This document shows positions 1 to 15,300 of a stretch of 64,000 bases of DNA, one piece after another. Each line of letters begins with the position of its first letter. Within the stretch, counting starts at the first letter, position 1. The notes under the pieces were generated by a model. The model did no database searches, was not told the origin of the DNA, and saw nothing but the letters and a program-made list of their open reading frames with translations. Made by a program: the position numbers and the translations under genes. The DNA is from Girardia tigrina (taxonomy: Eukaryota), in the NCBI GenBank assembly GCA_001938485.1, contig MQRK01248872.1, forward strand, positions 1 through 64,000, in the 5' to 3' direction.

Positions 1-342
1 CTCCATCAGAAAATTTTCGGAACCATCGTTGCACTGTGCGCTCAGAAGCTGTTCCCTTGCCAAACGCTTTATTGATATTGCGAGCCGTTTCTGCTGCTTT
101 ACGACCCAGTTTAAAGTCGCACAAGAAAATTAATTGAATTTTAATTTTTTCCATTATTAATTTAGCACCGTAAATATTCTAAAAAATAACAGCAATATGT
201 TAATAATGGCTATAGGAATATACAGCTAGGCATAAGATTTCAAATGATATCTAACACTAATGCATTTAAACTTATATACATATCAAAGTAGATAAACAAA
301 GTATAAAGCTCAAAAACCGCCATTATTTTTCGACCAACCTAA
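1..342 (-). mobile_element. Mariner (cecropia/Hsmar1-like) 5' end, truncated by the window edge
   Basis: TIR TTAGGTTGGTCGAAAAATAATGGCGG ending at 342, with TA at 343-344. ORF from 154: MEKIKIQLIFLCDFKLGRKAAETARNINKAFGKGTASERTVQRWFRKF. Confidence 0.9.
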
Positions 343-1434
343 TAAAAGATCGAGTATGTGATATGGTTGAACCAAAGATTTATTATAGAATTGTACAAAG
401 ATTGATTGTATCTGTTGTTAAAAATAATACAAAATTCTGATCTACAATGTTTATTATCTCAATTTATTTTAGATGTCCTTCTTCTCTTTTTGGTCTTAGG
501 TTAACGAATACAAAAATATATCAAGTCATTATTAAAAAAAAATAATTATTCCCCTTATCGACTTAAATCAAAACTAACTGAAAATTAAAGATAGAAAAAT
601 TAACAAAAAAAATAAGAATTTAACAAAAAAAATTAATAAAAAAATCAAAAATTAAAATTAATTAAAAATTAACAAAAAAACGAAATTTTTTTAAAATATA
701 ATAAGTATGTACAACGGTCTTTAACATTTGTGGGATGCAGTGGAGGTAAAAATTCAAAAAGAATAATATTTTTTAAAAAATAAATAATCTGTCTAATTTC
801 CTTTTAAAAAAAGATAAAATTATTAAATAAGAAAAATCTTTTTCCCTATTATTTATACATTAAATTAATGTGATGTCCGAAAAAAGCAAATAAAAAACAA
901 AAAGTTGAACAAGTAAAGAAACAAATTGAAATGCGAAACTAAATAGGAATAATTTTAACAACTTTCAACTATAATATAATTAATATTCTTCATCTATTTT
1001 TTCAGGTTGTACATTTTTATCCCATTAAATAAAGAAATTCATTAATCACTTATTTTTTAAAAAAAAATTATTAATTTTTATTATTTTTTAAATAAAAAAT
1101 AAAAATTTATTTTTTTAAATTTTAAGTATTTTAAAAATTCAAAAAACACATTAAAATTAATTTTGATAAAATCACAATTATTTAAATAGATTAAAATATA
1201 AAGTTCTTTTAAAATTCTTTTTAAATATGTTTTTATTCTTTAAAATCTTTAAAATTCTTTTAAATTTTTTTAATCTTCGTCTAACTGTTTCAAAACTCTA
1301 CTTATTTCTTCCTTAAAGTAAAATGTCATTGAATAACTTGATAAACACTGGACCCTCATTTTATCGAGTATTATTCTAATGCAATTTCTTTTATAACTCG
1401 GGTCGCATGATGGCAGAAATTTTATTCATATATA

Positions 1435-2430
1435 TTAGGTTGATGTAAACGTTATTGGTCTTTTTAAAGAAAATTTATTGAAAAAATATAGAAAAGGTAT
1501 CTAAGAGTAATTATCTAAGTAATCTCCCTCATCGTATATCCCCTTTTGCCATTTCCTTGTCATCTTTTGTATGTAGTCTTTAAAAAACTTTTCTGGGTTA
1601 GATTTGAAGTTATCAGTGCAATTCTTCACATCATCTTCGTTCTTAAAGCACTGTCCTACATAAGTGTGCTGCAGAGAAATGAAAAGATAAAAATCTGACG
1701 AGCTTGCTTCTGGATGTTGAAGAGTCTACGACCAAATGCCAAAAACTGCATTTTTCGTTGCTGCAGCAACATAATAGTAGAGGATAATTTTTCCTGGTAC
1801 TGTGACCAACTTGAGGCAGCTGTTCTTTGATTTTATTGCTCAGTTTGAGCAATTCTTTACTGTAGAGCTAGAATGTAACTATTTACCTGGATTTGAGTAA
1901 CTCATAGCAAAGCACTCCCAATATGCATAGCAGCATCTATGTGATCTGGTTTCTCGTTATGTTCCCATTTCTTGTCCCCAGTAACAATTCACCAAATGAA
2001 CAATTTTCGTTTGTGACGTGCATAATACAATATGGATTAACTACATTTTTGAGCAATATTTGCTAGAAACAGGTGGTGTGTCACCCATCTTCTAACCTTC
2101 AGGATTTTACCATTGCTTGCAATCTCCTTGGAACAGTGGACTGGTTCACTAAACGTTGCATAGTCAGTTCACATGTCCTCTCGCCAGTATCCTCATCCAA
2201 TATGACTTACAATTCAGTGTCCTCCTTTTCTTTTGTTATCCTTTTCTTTTAATCCATGAGCAAACATTCACCATTCCTGAACTTCTTGAACCAAAGTTTA
2301 ACCGTCGAATAGACCACAGCAGCATCTCCATACGTTTGATGTATCGAAGCTTTTGTTATTGCAGCGTTTATCAAGTTTAAACATGAAAATCATGCGATAT
2401 CCTTTATGTAATTTGTTGGCCTCCATTTTT
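1435..2430 (-). mobile_element. Decayed mariner transposase
   Basis: TA followed by the TIR TTAGGTTGATGTAAACG at 1435. Frameshifted transposase remnants start MEANKLH near 2426 and include IVTGDKKW-like and MLCIFG-like blocks. The second TIR is not seen. Confidence 0.8.
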
Positions 2431-2869
2431 ACATGTATTAAAAAACACAAATGAGCAAACAAGGTTTTTTTTTGAAAATATAGTATGCATATATATATAT
2501 ATATATACTTAGGCTGCCTCAAAAGTCCCCAAGTGGCCTTTAAAAACTCACTAATATTTTACCAAATTTAACCAAATTTGGATTGAATATTATTCAGACT
2601 GTCATAAATACTGTGTTAAAATTTCAAAGCATAAAATTAAAAAAAAGGTAAAATTTTGTTTTGCCATTAATTCCCAATAATATTTTCATAAATAATAATG
2701 TTTAATTTTTTTGTTACCTTTTAAAGTAAATTATATCTATTAAAATTGTATTATTCAAACAATCAATATTCATTTACTAAACATCCGAAAATTGCTGATG
2801 ATGATGTTATGTAAACATTGAAACATGTCCAATAATTATATAAAAAAAGCATTCATGAAATTATATTTT

Positions 2870-2905
<36 letters not shown>

Positions 2906-3206
2906 CGTCAATTTTTGTTTTAGGTTTTCATTATCCGAAGCAGAAATGAAAAATTCTCGGAATATTACAAGCGCAATAACTGTTTTATAATACGAATATA
3001 ATTACTCTCATTAATACATCAGGGATTTTTTTTAATTAAGTAAATCATCTTCTTTGACAGTTAATAACCAGCTTATAATATTGAAGAATAATAATGATAA
3101 TAATAGTAATAATATTTTTAATATTATCTATTGGAAAAATTCTTTGAAAATAATAATATTTTTTTCTAAATAATAGCAATAAAATATAAATAAATAAACT
3201 GTTTAC

Positions 3207-3326
3207 CTTTCTGATATTTATTGTTACAAATGCCCCTCTTACAGACACATATAGCGACGATAACAATCAGCATCACCATCGTAACGAATACCGTTCCCCC
3301 GACTATAAGTATCAGAGGCATCTGAC
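3207..3326 (-). CDS. Coding exon 10: transmembrane helix and juxtamembrane segment
   Basis: SQMPLILIVGGTVFVTMVMLIVIVAICVCKRGICNNKYQK. Acceptor AATTAG, donor G|GTAAAC. Confidence 0.9.
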
Positions 3327-6300
3327 CTAATTTAAAATACATATATGTATAAATGTATATAAATATAAAAAACATATGTTTATATAAATTTATTTTTTCA
3401 TTGAAATTTATTTATCAAGAAGAATGATAAATACGAATGTCTGTTGACACAGTGAAACAAATATATTTGGTAAACAATTCTGTTTTATTTGCCAGTATCA
3501 TTTATAAAATTGAAATTATTATATTAAAAAAACCTATTTTCGGTAGTTTTTGTGTTTTGTATTTAGTAAAAAAAACAATTTTTTTAAGAAAATATAATTG
3601 AAAGATAAAAAATAATTATTTTAAATGTAAAAAAACTTTCATTGATAAATTGGTCAATACAAATAATATAATAATATAGTAGAAAACCAAAGAATTTTAT
3701 TTCGAGGGTGTTGCAACCATGACGGAGGACATTTTGGACATCTCTGCAAGGCAAGCTTATTTATGTAAATATAATTGTTTACCTTTCTCGCGTGTTTTAT
3801 TAAATAAACTTTGGTTTCATGAAATCCTTTAGTTTTCTACTGGGCACCGCGTATTCTAAAAATATTTTCCAAAATTTATTGTAATTAATTTAGGTCACTA
3901 CCACCGTTTTCAGACTTTTCAAAATTAATGTTTTAAAATGTTTAAACCCTCTGAATTAGGAATTGATAAGTTATATTGAGTTGTAGTGAATTTTAGCCGA
4001 CATTAATCATATTAACCCGATTTTTAATTTCCTATTTATTGACTCAGTTAATATTTTATATAAAATTTGATAAGTCAATTTTAATTTATTTTTACTTTTA
4101 TCAGTTTTGAGAAAAAAAACTATGAAAGAAATTAGCTGACGAAAGAGACCAAGAATGAAATATTAAACATTTAATCAGGTTGCTGTGGTAACTAGATTCA
4201 CAGAAACTACCATGAGTTGTTACTAACCTGTGTCAGTTTTTTTTCTGTAAATTTCAGTTTCATAGGAATAAGATTGTTGAGGATGAAAAATGGTAAAGTA
4301 CTCTGAAGTTCTTTTAATGTTATTTTTTTATTAAATCGAAGTACATGATCTTAATTTTTAAAGATCAAAAATATATGCTCTACCTTTTATAGACAATTGG
4401 CTTATGATTGAAAGCAAATCAATATTTTCTTGCATTTTAGACAAAAATATTAAGGGTTGTGTTGGTGCTAAAGGAGATCACATGGCTCATTGATTATTAA
4501 ATAAAAAATTATATTTGGTTTGACTAATATCAAACGTTTTCGAACTGTTAAGTCATTTAAATATTTGTGTTCATGAATATTACACACCCTAGTGACAATA
4601 AGCTTCAAAAATCAATGTTAAGTTAGTCTGAAGATAATTTCTTAAAGATTACAAATATTACTAAATATTATATATAATTCCTTTTATTTCTAACTGGATT
4701 ATTATAAGAAATGTAATACCTTTTCATTCGTTTTGAAAATAAAATAAAATTAATTTATTTATATTATTCATAGTTCTTTTTTATGGACCATAAAAACCTT
4801 TCATCATTTCCCTTTCACTATTATTATATGTTTCGTTAGATTGAATTTGTTCATTTGTATTATTTCTTATTAAAAATAATGTTATTTACAAAAGATTTTT
4901 TTATAATTTTACGATTGAATAGACAGTCCTTTCTTCAATTATCAGATATATTTTCATGTGCAGCTGTATCTTCCGGGTCAAAATGGACCAGTACAAACAT
5001 ATCCTTCGAATCCCAATTTAAAAACCCAACTAACGGTTGACTCCTAATATTATCACTACTCATTTTTTCAATAAAATTTTAGTGATACTGTGATCTGGCC
5101 GGTCATAGGCGTTTGCCGAGTTCCGGGAAACTTAACTGTGGAGGGCCTTATCAGCCTCGGATCTGGGTCAGACGCCGCGTCAAAGTCGTAGGACCCGTCC
5201 GTCATCTCCGTGCCACCTGAAAGGTACAAGTCCCATGATGAGGATTTTGTGATGCTAGGTGGCTTGAAACAATCTGGGAACTCACTTACTGTCAGCGTCG
5301 AGCAAAGCTAGTTTCTTTTGACCTGGGAACATAATCTGATCATACGCCAGACGAATCTTATCGTCGACATTGAGCGTTTAGAAATTACTCTATTTGATCT
5401 GTTTATTAATGAAAATGTTCCTTTTGCTGCTTCGAGATCGAATTAATCGGTTAAAAACTCAAAATGATTTTTAGACATAAAATTTAACGATGAATAGTTT
5501 CTAACAAATATAGTTAATTTTCATTCAAAAATTATGTCAATTTACAGGCGTTAAAACAAGTACATTTTTACTTTACATTGATTATTTTAATAATAAATGT
5601 TTTTTTATTTACAGTAATTAATTTTGGTAAATTTCACAGGAGCACCACAGATACTATTTCAATCTTTATACAGTGCGTTCAAAAAGTAACTGTGCACCTG
5701 CAATTTCAAAACAAGAACGATATCCTGTTTGCCTTTTCGGCCAATTTTTCCTTCACTGCTTCTGTGTATTCATCATTCGCACGAAAGACATGTTCAATCA
5801 AAAATATTCTCTCCGTTGACAAAACCATTTTCAATTGGAATTAACTTCGCAATAAATTGACTTTCGTCAATGATTAGATTGAATATCAAAATGATATTTT
5901 TTTAAAAAAAATTAAAACGCTCAGTGTCAAGGTCAAAGTGTGTAGGTNTGTTTTTTGTTCACGAATCTATTTCATAGTTCGATTTCATAGAAATTTGCAT
6001 TTAAAAAGTCTGCTACAACGCTGATTATCTAAAAATAAACCAGACAATGAAAGGTGCACAGTGACTTTCTGAACGCACTGTATTAGGTGGTCCTAAAAGT
6101 TCCCGGTCAATGATGAAAATACTTTTTTTTCAAATCTCAACTGCTACAGAATCCACGAGATGACCGTTTTGGAAACGAATTGTGACGTCGGACGAGAAGT
6201 TGGTCTACTTGGTCAACCAGAACAGAGACAAGCGATATGTTCCACCGGACAAGCAACGTCGTCAGTTCCAAAACAAGATCGACTTGGCTTGAAAATCATG

Positions 6301-9300
6301 TTGTGTGTCTGGTGGAACTTTGAGGGAGTCGTGCACTTTGATTTTGTTCAGAACGACGAGGCCATCAATGCAGAGCTCTAAATGTCAACAACTGGACCGT
6401 GTCTACGAGAAGCTCAAGGAGAAGTTCCCTGCCTTAATCAACCGAAAACGTGCACTGCTTCAGCAAGACTAGGGAGTCGAAATCCTGCCGCATCCTACTT
6501 ACAGCCCTGATTGCGCTCCATCCGACTATGGCCTCTTTCGATCCATGCAACACTTGAAAGGCCATCGATTCGAAGCATTCGATGAAGTTGAACAAGCATG
6601 TCAAGAGTTCTTCAATTAGAAGCAGTTGAAATGGTACTTTGACCAGATCCGAAAGCTTGCAGACCGTTGACAGAAAGTAGTCGAAAATCATGGACTGTAT
6701 TTTGAAGATCAATTGTTATTTATTTAAAATAAATTCTTAATAAATTCTTAAAATAAATAAAAATTCATTCTTGACCAGGAACTTTTTGGACAACCTAATA
6801 ATACAATTATTACAAATTTTTAAAGATAGTTCATGATACAATTCTAATAGTTTCACTGATACTATTAGAACTTTTCCGTTAAAAAGATCATTTTTACACT
6901 TTGATCATGTTAGTAAAAGGCTTGTGATTATTATTTCTTGTGATTATTATCTCTTATATTATTATCTCTTGTTCATTGGTATGGTTTATATAAAAGTATT
7001 TATATATAGAATTCAGTTTACTTGTTTTAGAGAGAATCATTGTTTTGGAATCTGTCCCCATTTCGGTTGTCGCCGAACAATTATAGAACCCGAAATCATT
7101 CGAATCGACATTATTCAAATTCAAAATACTGACGGAACCACCCAAAATTTTTTCAGTGAAAATCGTATATCTGAAATAAAAAGATAAAATTCTCATTGAA
7201 AATCTCATAAAAACAAAAAAATCATTTTCAATGTCAATGTCTCGACAGTTCTCATTTCTCAGCGACGCAGTTGCTGAGTCTCTCCTAAGTGGCATTGAAA
7301 CTACTTAAGTAGTACAAAGCAAAAAATGAATTAATTTTAACACAATATTATCTACAAAATTAATCTTGTTTTTCTTCTTTTTCGTTGTTTTATTAAAATA
7401 ATATATTACCACATTGAATATTATGAATGAGATATAAAAATAATTTTATTTTATTCCCTTACTTATTGTTGTCTCCTAGTATTCGCCGACCGCGATGAAA
7501 CCACATTATTTGATCGTGAGTCGCCTCCGGAATCGAATTTATAACACATTTTATTTGGATGGATTTTCCGATCGTTGCAGTTCGATCGGGATTTTCACTG
7601 ATGAAAGGTTTACCTGAATAATTACAAAAATTATAATCTCTTTCTCAGTCTTCGTTTTCATATACTTCTTTTGGCGAGATAAAGTTTCTTGAAAATAGGA
7701 GTGAAATTTTCCGCTGCAGCAGTACAAATATAAATTCCAAAGTCCTGTTCTTGGACATTCTTTCGATAAAGAATCGAATCCCGACTGAGAATATCACTAC
7801 TTGATTCTCGTTGCCAGTAAATACTTGACGGAGGATTACTGTCGGAGATACAAGTGAGTTTTACATTATCACCGACATTCGCCGGATAAACCGTTGGAAA
7901 TTGGGGTCCCTCTTGGAATTGTGGCCCATCTATAGCAAATTTTACGTTAAACAAAAAAGAAAAAAAATCGTTGTTCTTATAACAATAAACAATGTCAAAA
8001 AATCTTGTTTTATTCAATTTCAGTAATTTAAACAAAAAAAATTGTTTCCAATAAAAACAATTATAATTTCTGTTTTAATTGTTAAAATCAATCAGAATAA
8101 AAATTACAAAACTTTTTTTGTTTTTATTTATTTAATAAAAATAAAAAATAAAATTTTAGTTTTATTAATTTTTTTTGTTATTTTGAAGAGAAAAAAATAA
8201 ATTAGTAAATTATTTTTATATTTTTGAAGGAAAGAAAAAAAACACAAATCCCATGAAACTGTATTTGAAAACCGGAAATAATTAAGAAAAAAAATAAATT
8301 TTGAATTTAATTTTAATGAGAAAAAATTAATTGAAATATAATTTGTTACTTTTTCAAAAAAAATTAAATTAATAATTGAATCGATTGTTTGATAATGATG
8401 ATAAATAATAAAAATAACTGTTTCGAAATAAATCTTTAATATAATAATTTGTTATCATTATTTATATTGAAACATCTCATCTGCCAAAAGACAGTTTCAA
8501 TTGAATTATTATCGAAATATTCAACCTGAAACCATTTCGCGAAATAAAAGATATGATATGCTGTTATATTGAAATTTTTTAAAAAAATAAATAAATAATA
8601 ATTTAAAAATAATTAAACATTCTTAATTTTTAAAAATGAATAATTTTTAATGACTCATCAAGTGTGTATGTGTGCCACCGAATTAAAAAGTGGAGTGAAA
8701 TAATTGAATGAAATGGCTCGCTCTCATTGGTCAAAAAATAAGTACTAGATTCATTAATGTTAAGTGATCTTACAATCACTTTTTATGAACCTTGTTTTCG
8801 AGACGATTTGTTTCATTTTTTTGAATTGAAACTTCTGTGATAAAATTCATTTCCAAGCTTTTAATTAACTAACTGCCAATTTTATTTCCTTCTAAATTAT
8901 TGTTGAACGATTTGATTTCTGATTCGCAACGATTTGATTAAAGAGAATTGTAACGAATTTACTGATGATTTATCTATTTTGTGAATAAATTTGCTTGAAA
9001 AAAATTATTGTACGAATATTTTGAGACGAAATTAAAGATTCATTTCAAATAAATTTGAATGATCAGTCTAAATATAAAATGAGCTCAGTACGAAATTCCC
9101 GAGCATCATTACTCTGCTACCACCCTCCTGTTTTCGGACCAATAATAATTATAGAATAATAATTTTAATAATATTTTTATTATTAATAATCATAAAAGAA
9201 AAAATAATAGTTTTTTTTTAATTTTTGCCATTTTTTAATATAGATATACAAAAATGACCAATTTTGCAAAACATAATAAATTATAACATAATTAGTTGTT

Positions 9301-12300
9301 TATTATTTATATTATTAATTCCAGAAATTAATGGCAAATCTTAATATATTTCCCACAGGATAAATAATTGTATTTTGGTTCTTTATTCAAAAATATTTTC
9401 CGTCCCCCCTCCTCCGATTTATTAATCCGATTGACGGAGAATATTTATAAATTCGGGGTTTTCATCAAATAAAATCAGATTTTTCAATATTTTTCCCATA
9501 TATTTATTCTTTTATCAAATTCTTTTATCTTTTGTGAGAAAATAATTAACAAATTTTGGTTTTGCCAATCATTTTTCGAGTTCTTTTATATTTATAAAAC
9601 ATTTTACGAAACAATAATACATAAACATTAAACTGTTTTTACGTTAAATATTAATTGTAATTTAAGTAAACGTTTTTAAATTTTTGACAATAAAAAAAGA
9701 ATAAATTACATTATAAATTATCATTTGCCAATTTTAACAAATGTTAATTTAATTTAAATTTTTTTATCTTTTCTTTTCATTATTTATTTTCATACATTTA
9801 TTTATAGATTTATTTTTAAAAATCTTTATTTTATTTTCATGATTTTTTTTATTTTAATTGCTAATTTTGTTATAATTTCTGGAATATTTTTTATTTTTCA
9901 AAGTTATTTATTTTTCTCGAAACTGTAAATAGAAGTTTGAATGTCTTTTTCTAAACATTTTTGAAACGAATTAAAAACTGTACTATCAGTGACTCTTTTT
10001 GGACTTCACATATCGGGTTGTGAAGAAAGTTCGTGCCCATTGTCTAAATATGACAGTGGCATGTGTCAGAATATGACAAAGGCATAGAAAATATATAAAT
10101 AGTTTATATATGAAGAAAAGTGATAGTCTGCAAAATCTTTGGAAAAATTGTTTGTCTAAGTTGTTTTTTATCTGCTACGCGCTAATTAGAAAAGGGAAGA
10201 ATAAAGGAGCATTTTCAAAACTTGAAACTTTTCAATTTCAACAAAGACTAGAATGCTTCCCAAACGAGGAACAAGATGTGCTCTGTTTACTGAGAACATG
10301 CTTTAGTTGACAGAACATTTTGTAGGTGATTTTATAAGTACACAACTGGTGATTTCAATCTAACAGACCCTCAAACAATGATATTGACCAACACAAGATA
10401 ACTCACTAAACAAATCGTACTTTTAGTATAGTACAATTAAGTGAATTGCGACGATGTATGGGTTAATACAATATATTTATTTGTGATACGCTTTGTGAGG
10501 AATATTTTAAATTTGGTATGTTGAAATTGGTTTGTTGAATTTTGTATGTTGAGTTTATTATTTGAACATGTGTTTCTCCCACCCAGATGGAAAATTGATA
10601 TTTTGGATGTTCATGATAAATAATTATTCGAGTATAATTTGCATTTTAAAGTACAGTATAAGATATTTAAAAACTTTAAAAATATTAAATCGCTTCAAAT
10701 TTTCATATTAAAATTTAAATAAAGTAAATAGCTTTTAACTAAGTTTTAAATTTAATAATCTTTAATTCTTTCTTTAAATAAAATCATTTTTAAAATAAAA
10801 TTAATATGTAAATAAAATTATAACTAAAATTACAAAATTTGAACTTTAAAAATAAAATCTGAAAATAATGAAAAATTTGTTCGACAAAAAACATTAACTA
10901 AAATTTATCAATTTAGAACGATGTCGAATTACGAAAGTTTTGCTGAGAGTTGTCCAAAAGACAATTCTGATTGTAATGAAAATAAAAGTTTGAAAACCCA
11001 TGTTGGTGTTCTTAATACGCTTAACAAATACTAGAAAAATGTACCATTTTTGAAAAAAATAGTGATAGTTGATGAAAAATGGATAGTCTGTGAACCACCA
11101 CTAGTAATTCTTTAAGCCAGTTTTCAACCGAAGAAAACCATGTTCTGTCTGTGATTGGATTTCAAAGGAATTTTGAATGACCTCCTACCAAACAACCAGA
11201 CAATTAATTGAGACAAGTACTGCTCTCAACTTGAATATAGCGATACGATACAAGGGATCATGACTGGTCATTTCTGACTGGGAAACCGAAGCGTGACTGT
11301 GCACTGAAAGCTTGCATTCCTGCATCTAAAGCCGTGCGAAAAAGTCAGTAGGCTCTGTATTGTGTAATTATGGTTTCAACCCGATACAGAATCTACAACT
11401 CACTACCCTGTACGCCAATGCTGGTACTGTAGTCTCTACAACACACATCCGTTCAGTCGGGGGAGGCTAATTATATGTAAGACATCTTGTTTTAATAATA
11501 TTTTATTTATATTTTTATATAAATATATAAAAGAATATCCAATATTTATAACAATATAAAATAAATGATCAAAATTATAAATATAATTATATTTTCTGTA
11601 ATTTCATTTGCCTTAAAAAACCTGGAAATAACAAAGCTTTTTTGTGAATGCCTTTTAAAGATTACAATGTATTTTGCCCATAACTTTGTATAAGAGTATC
11701 ATGAAATTTTTTTTTCAAAAAAACATTATTTATAATTGAATTTTAGTAAAACAAATGAACCGCAAATCAAATAAATCTGACACTCAGACTCTTTTATATC
11801 TTTAGATTCATCTTTCTCTTGAGGAACAATGAAATTCATTAAGAGAAATTAAAGCGTGGAGAAAATTTTGCATATTTTTTTCTATAAGAAATCTTTTAAA
11901 AGAAGCGCTCTATTGTTTGAAACATAAATCTTCATTAAAACATACAAAAAATGAATCTATAAAAGTTATATCTATTAGATGTTTTATTCATTGAAGCTGG
12001 GCAAAATGAATTTAAATAAAAAATAAATTTCAAGTAATAAGTTATATACAAATATTATTAAAAAAAATAGACCAGCACAATATATTTAACAAAATTATAA
12101 AAAAATAATTAATTAACTAGAAAATATTATTTTATTTAAATTAATTATTTTTAAAATATAAAATATAAAATATTCTATTATTTATTTTTTTTCTCATTAA
12201 AAATAGTTTTCAAATATTTAAATCGATTTTGTTGAAGATTTTTATTGTTCCGAGTCCGGTTGTAACATATCTAAATAGGGGAGCTGGATATTCATCTTCG

Positions 12301-15300
12301 GTGGTTATTATGTTGAGTCTTCGGTGATCGCCTCAAAAACGCCAAGAATTGTTTTTCGTTTTTTCAAAAGTATAGGTGTACACCAATTCGAAGAAGGTTT
12401 TAAAATGTCTATGTTTATAAGTTCTATAAGTTCATATGATTTTTGCATCGGGTAATCTGTTTTTGTTTCGTGTATGCACTTCTAGATAAAATATTTGTTA
12501 CCCAAGTATTTTCGTTGGTTTTATCGTTTTTGTAAGGTAAGGCTCTGGATTAATCAGGTAAATGAGATTTGTAATCATGTTGGGTTATTAGTTTGTTTTT
12601 TTTCGGATAGAGAATCAATTTTTTTGTTTGTTTTTGTTGAAGTTGAGTTTTCGCTTGTAATAGAAGTAGAATCTATTTAATTGTAATTGTATTGTATGTT
12701 TGGTTCATGCAGTATTTTGTTGATTAGATTTAATATGTGAGATTTGATATGTTTTAAAGTGGTTTGTAAGTCTTGTGATTTGTTGTGTTATTATTGATGG
12801 TATCGTGTTTAATGTAGATTTATTGTAGATTGAATTTCAAAATGTTGTTATTTTGGTTTTATTTTTTGTCTCAGTTCCATTATCTGGGTATAGTTTAATG
12901 TTGATATCATGTTAACAGTTGGTTTAATAAATCTAGGTAGGATGGAAAAAACCAGAACCGGAATTAGCTAAGAAACTATAATGAAACTGTTTTGGTTGCA
13001 CCATGAATATTTTAATATTTTTTATTTATTATTGTGAGGAATATTTTAAATTGTTTGAATATGTAAATGAAGTGTTGATTTAAATATGTTGAATTTAGAA
13101 TGGTGATTCTCCCACCCAGATGGAAATTGGTATTTTTTTATTTAAATTTAAAGTGATTGACTAATCGAAAATAATTAAAATAATCATTTTATAAGTTCAT
13201 ATTTTTAATTTCACAATTAAAATGAAGTTTAATATTTTTTGGTAAAATTTAAATTAAATTTTTAATAATTTGATGACATTTTTCTTATTTTGGGATTTAT
13301 TGAGAAATGGTAAAATTTATTATTTTTAATTAATATTAATTAATATATTTTAAAAAATAACTTAGAAAAATTGTTCGAATAATCATGATTAAAAAATAGA
13401 AATATGAAAACCAATTAGAACGATGACAAACGATGAAAGACTTTCTGAGAGTCATAATGACTCTAAATGTGATTGTAATAAAAGTTCAAACGCGACTTGT
13501 CTAAATATTCTTAATAAATATGTTACAGATGTCACTTAGATTTGGATTTAGTGTCGTTGTTAAGATTTTCCATTTTCTTTAGAAGGAATTCTATTGTTTG
13601 GTTATCATTTTCGGATTTCGTGTTTGTTTTGTTAATATTATTAATCGTGTTTAATTCGGCTAAAATGCCTTGTTCGTTGAGATTTAATTTTTGTTTTATA
13701 CTTCAATTTTAATTGATATAAAATTTTCAAATAATTTTATTATATAAATTGAAACAAAAATTTTTTTCGTCGGCAAATTATTATCCAATTTTATGTTTTG
13801 TATATTTCTTTAAAAAATCTTTAAATTTTTTTTTAAAAAATCATATTATTATTTTATTAATTTTATAAAAAAATTATTTAATATTTAATTTTAATTTTTA
13901 GTTTAATTTTATTAAAAAAACAAATTTTTTATCATTCTAAATTTGATATTTCTATAAACAGTCTAAAAAAATATTTACTTCAGGAAATTAAAAAAAAATT
14001 CGAAAATAAAAATAATTCTTTTTTTTTAAATGATCAACTTTATTTTTTTATAATTTTCTTTTATTTTTCTTGTTAAAAAATTACATTTCACTCTTAGGAC
14101 TTGTTGGGCATGACCCTCTTTGGTATTGTTGGCCACACATTTGACCACGGCTTTGTTTGTCGACCGAGTAGCAGTAATTTTGTACGAGCTCCGATTATCG
14201 TTATTTACTTCATTTTCATTAATAAACCATCTAAAAATAATAACAAAAAATATAATTTTATTAACATATCACAAAAAAATTCCACATTTATTTAACTCGA
14301 TTACCACAACATTCAAACAAACTATTCTGTCTGGGAGCAATTTCCAGAAATTATTTCCTTTCTGAGAAAAAGTCTCACGAAAAAAGACATTATAGAAATA
14401 ATACTCAATTTTATCTTGTGAAATCTAAAATTCATTAAAAAAAGTCTGAAATTTTTCCATATTTTTTCTTGTTGGTGTTTCGTTTTTCAATAAAAAAATA
14501 GTTTAAATCAAGCTTTGGTTTTTGATGACCTTTACTTAGGATTATCTATTTTTTCTTTCTTTGGGTATTTAATTTACATGCTCATCTTTAAACCTGACAC
14601 TGCTAATAATATATTATTTATTATTAATATTATTATATATTGTAAATACTTTATATTTTAATCAATTTTATCAAATACCTCCATGTGAATTTGTCGGGTC
14701 GACCAACGGCCGAGCAAATAATTGTAATCCATTCGTTTTCGATAAATTCATTTCCCGATTGTTGTGAGAGAATTTCCATTGTAACAGTTGGTTCCACTGA
14801 ATCATTTACACAAAAAAATTCAATAAATGGAAATATATATTAAAGAAATTTAAACTTTTTTAGTTAAGTAACTGATCTCAAAGCAAATCGAATTATGTAA
14901 TGAAATCACTTGCTTAACGCTAATTATATTTATCAAAATAGATATTATTAAATATTTATTAATTAGAGAAACGAATTAATAAAGGCAATAAGAAGAGGAT
15001 TATATATGTATCACATGAATGAATCGAGATTCAGTAACAGTAATATAATAAACTACTTTGAATTCGTAGATTTATGTGATAGTCTCTTGTGGCTAAAATT
15101 AGACAAACTCTTGTTCGTATTCTTAAGTGTATTACTATTCATCTTAGAATGTGCACAATCAGCTAATATTAGTTTGTGATGATTAGTGCTTATATTTGAC
15201 GAGGATTAACTTCTTGAATAATATGATGATTGTTTAGTTGCTTTTAAAATTTCAAGGACTTGGATATTGTAAATTTTGTTGGAATAAAATTATTTCTTGA

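Noticed and set aside
4136-4166. CTGACGA...GAAA string
   Set aside because: The intervening sequence cannot form stem II.
7895-7929. GPQF-QE-GPQF duplication as a possible alternative acceptor
   Set aside because: The internal AG sites give a stop or a frameshift with the phase-1 upstream exon, so this is likely a simple micro-duplication.
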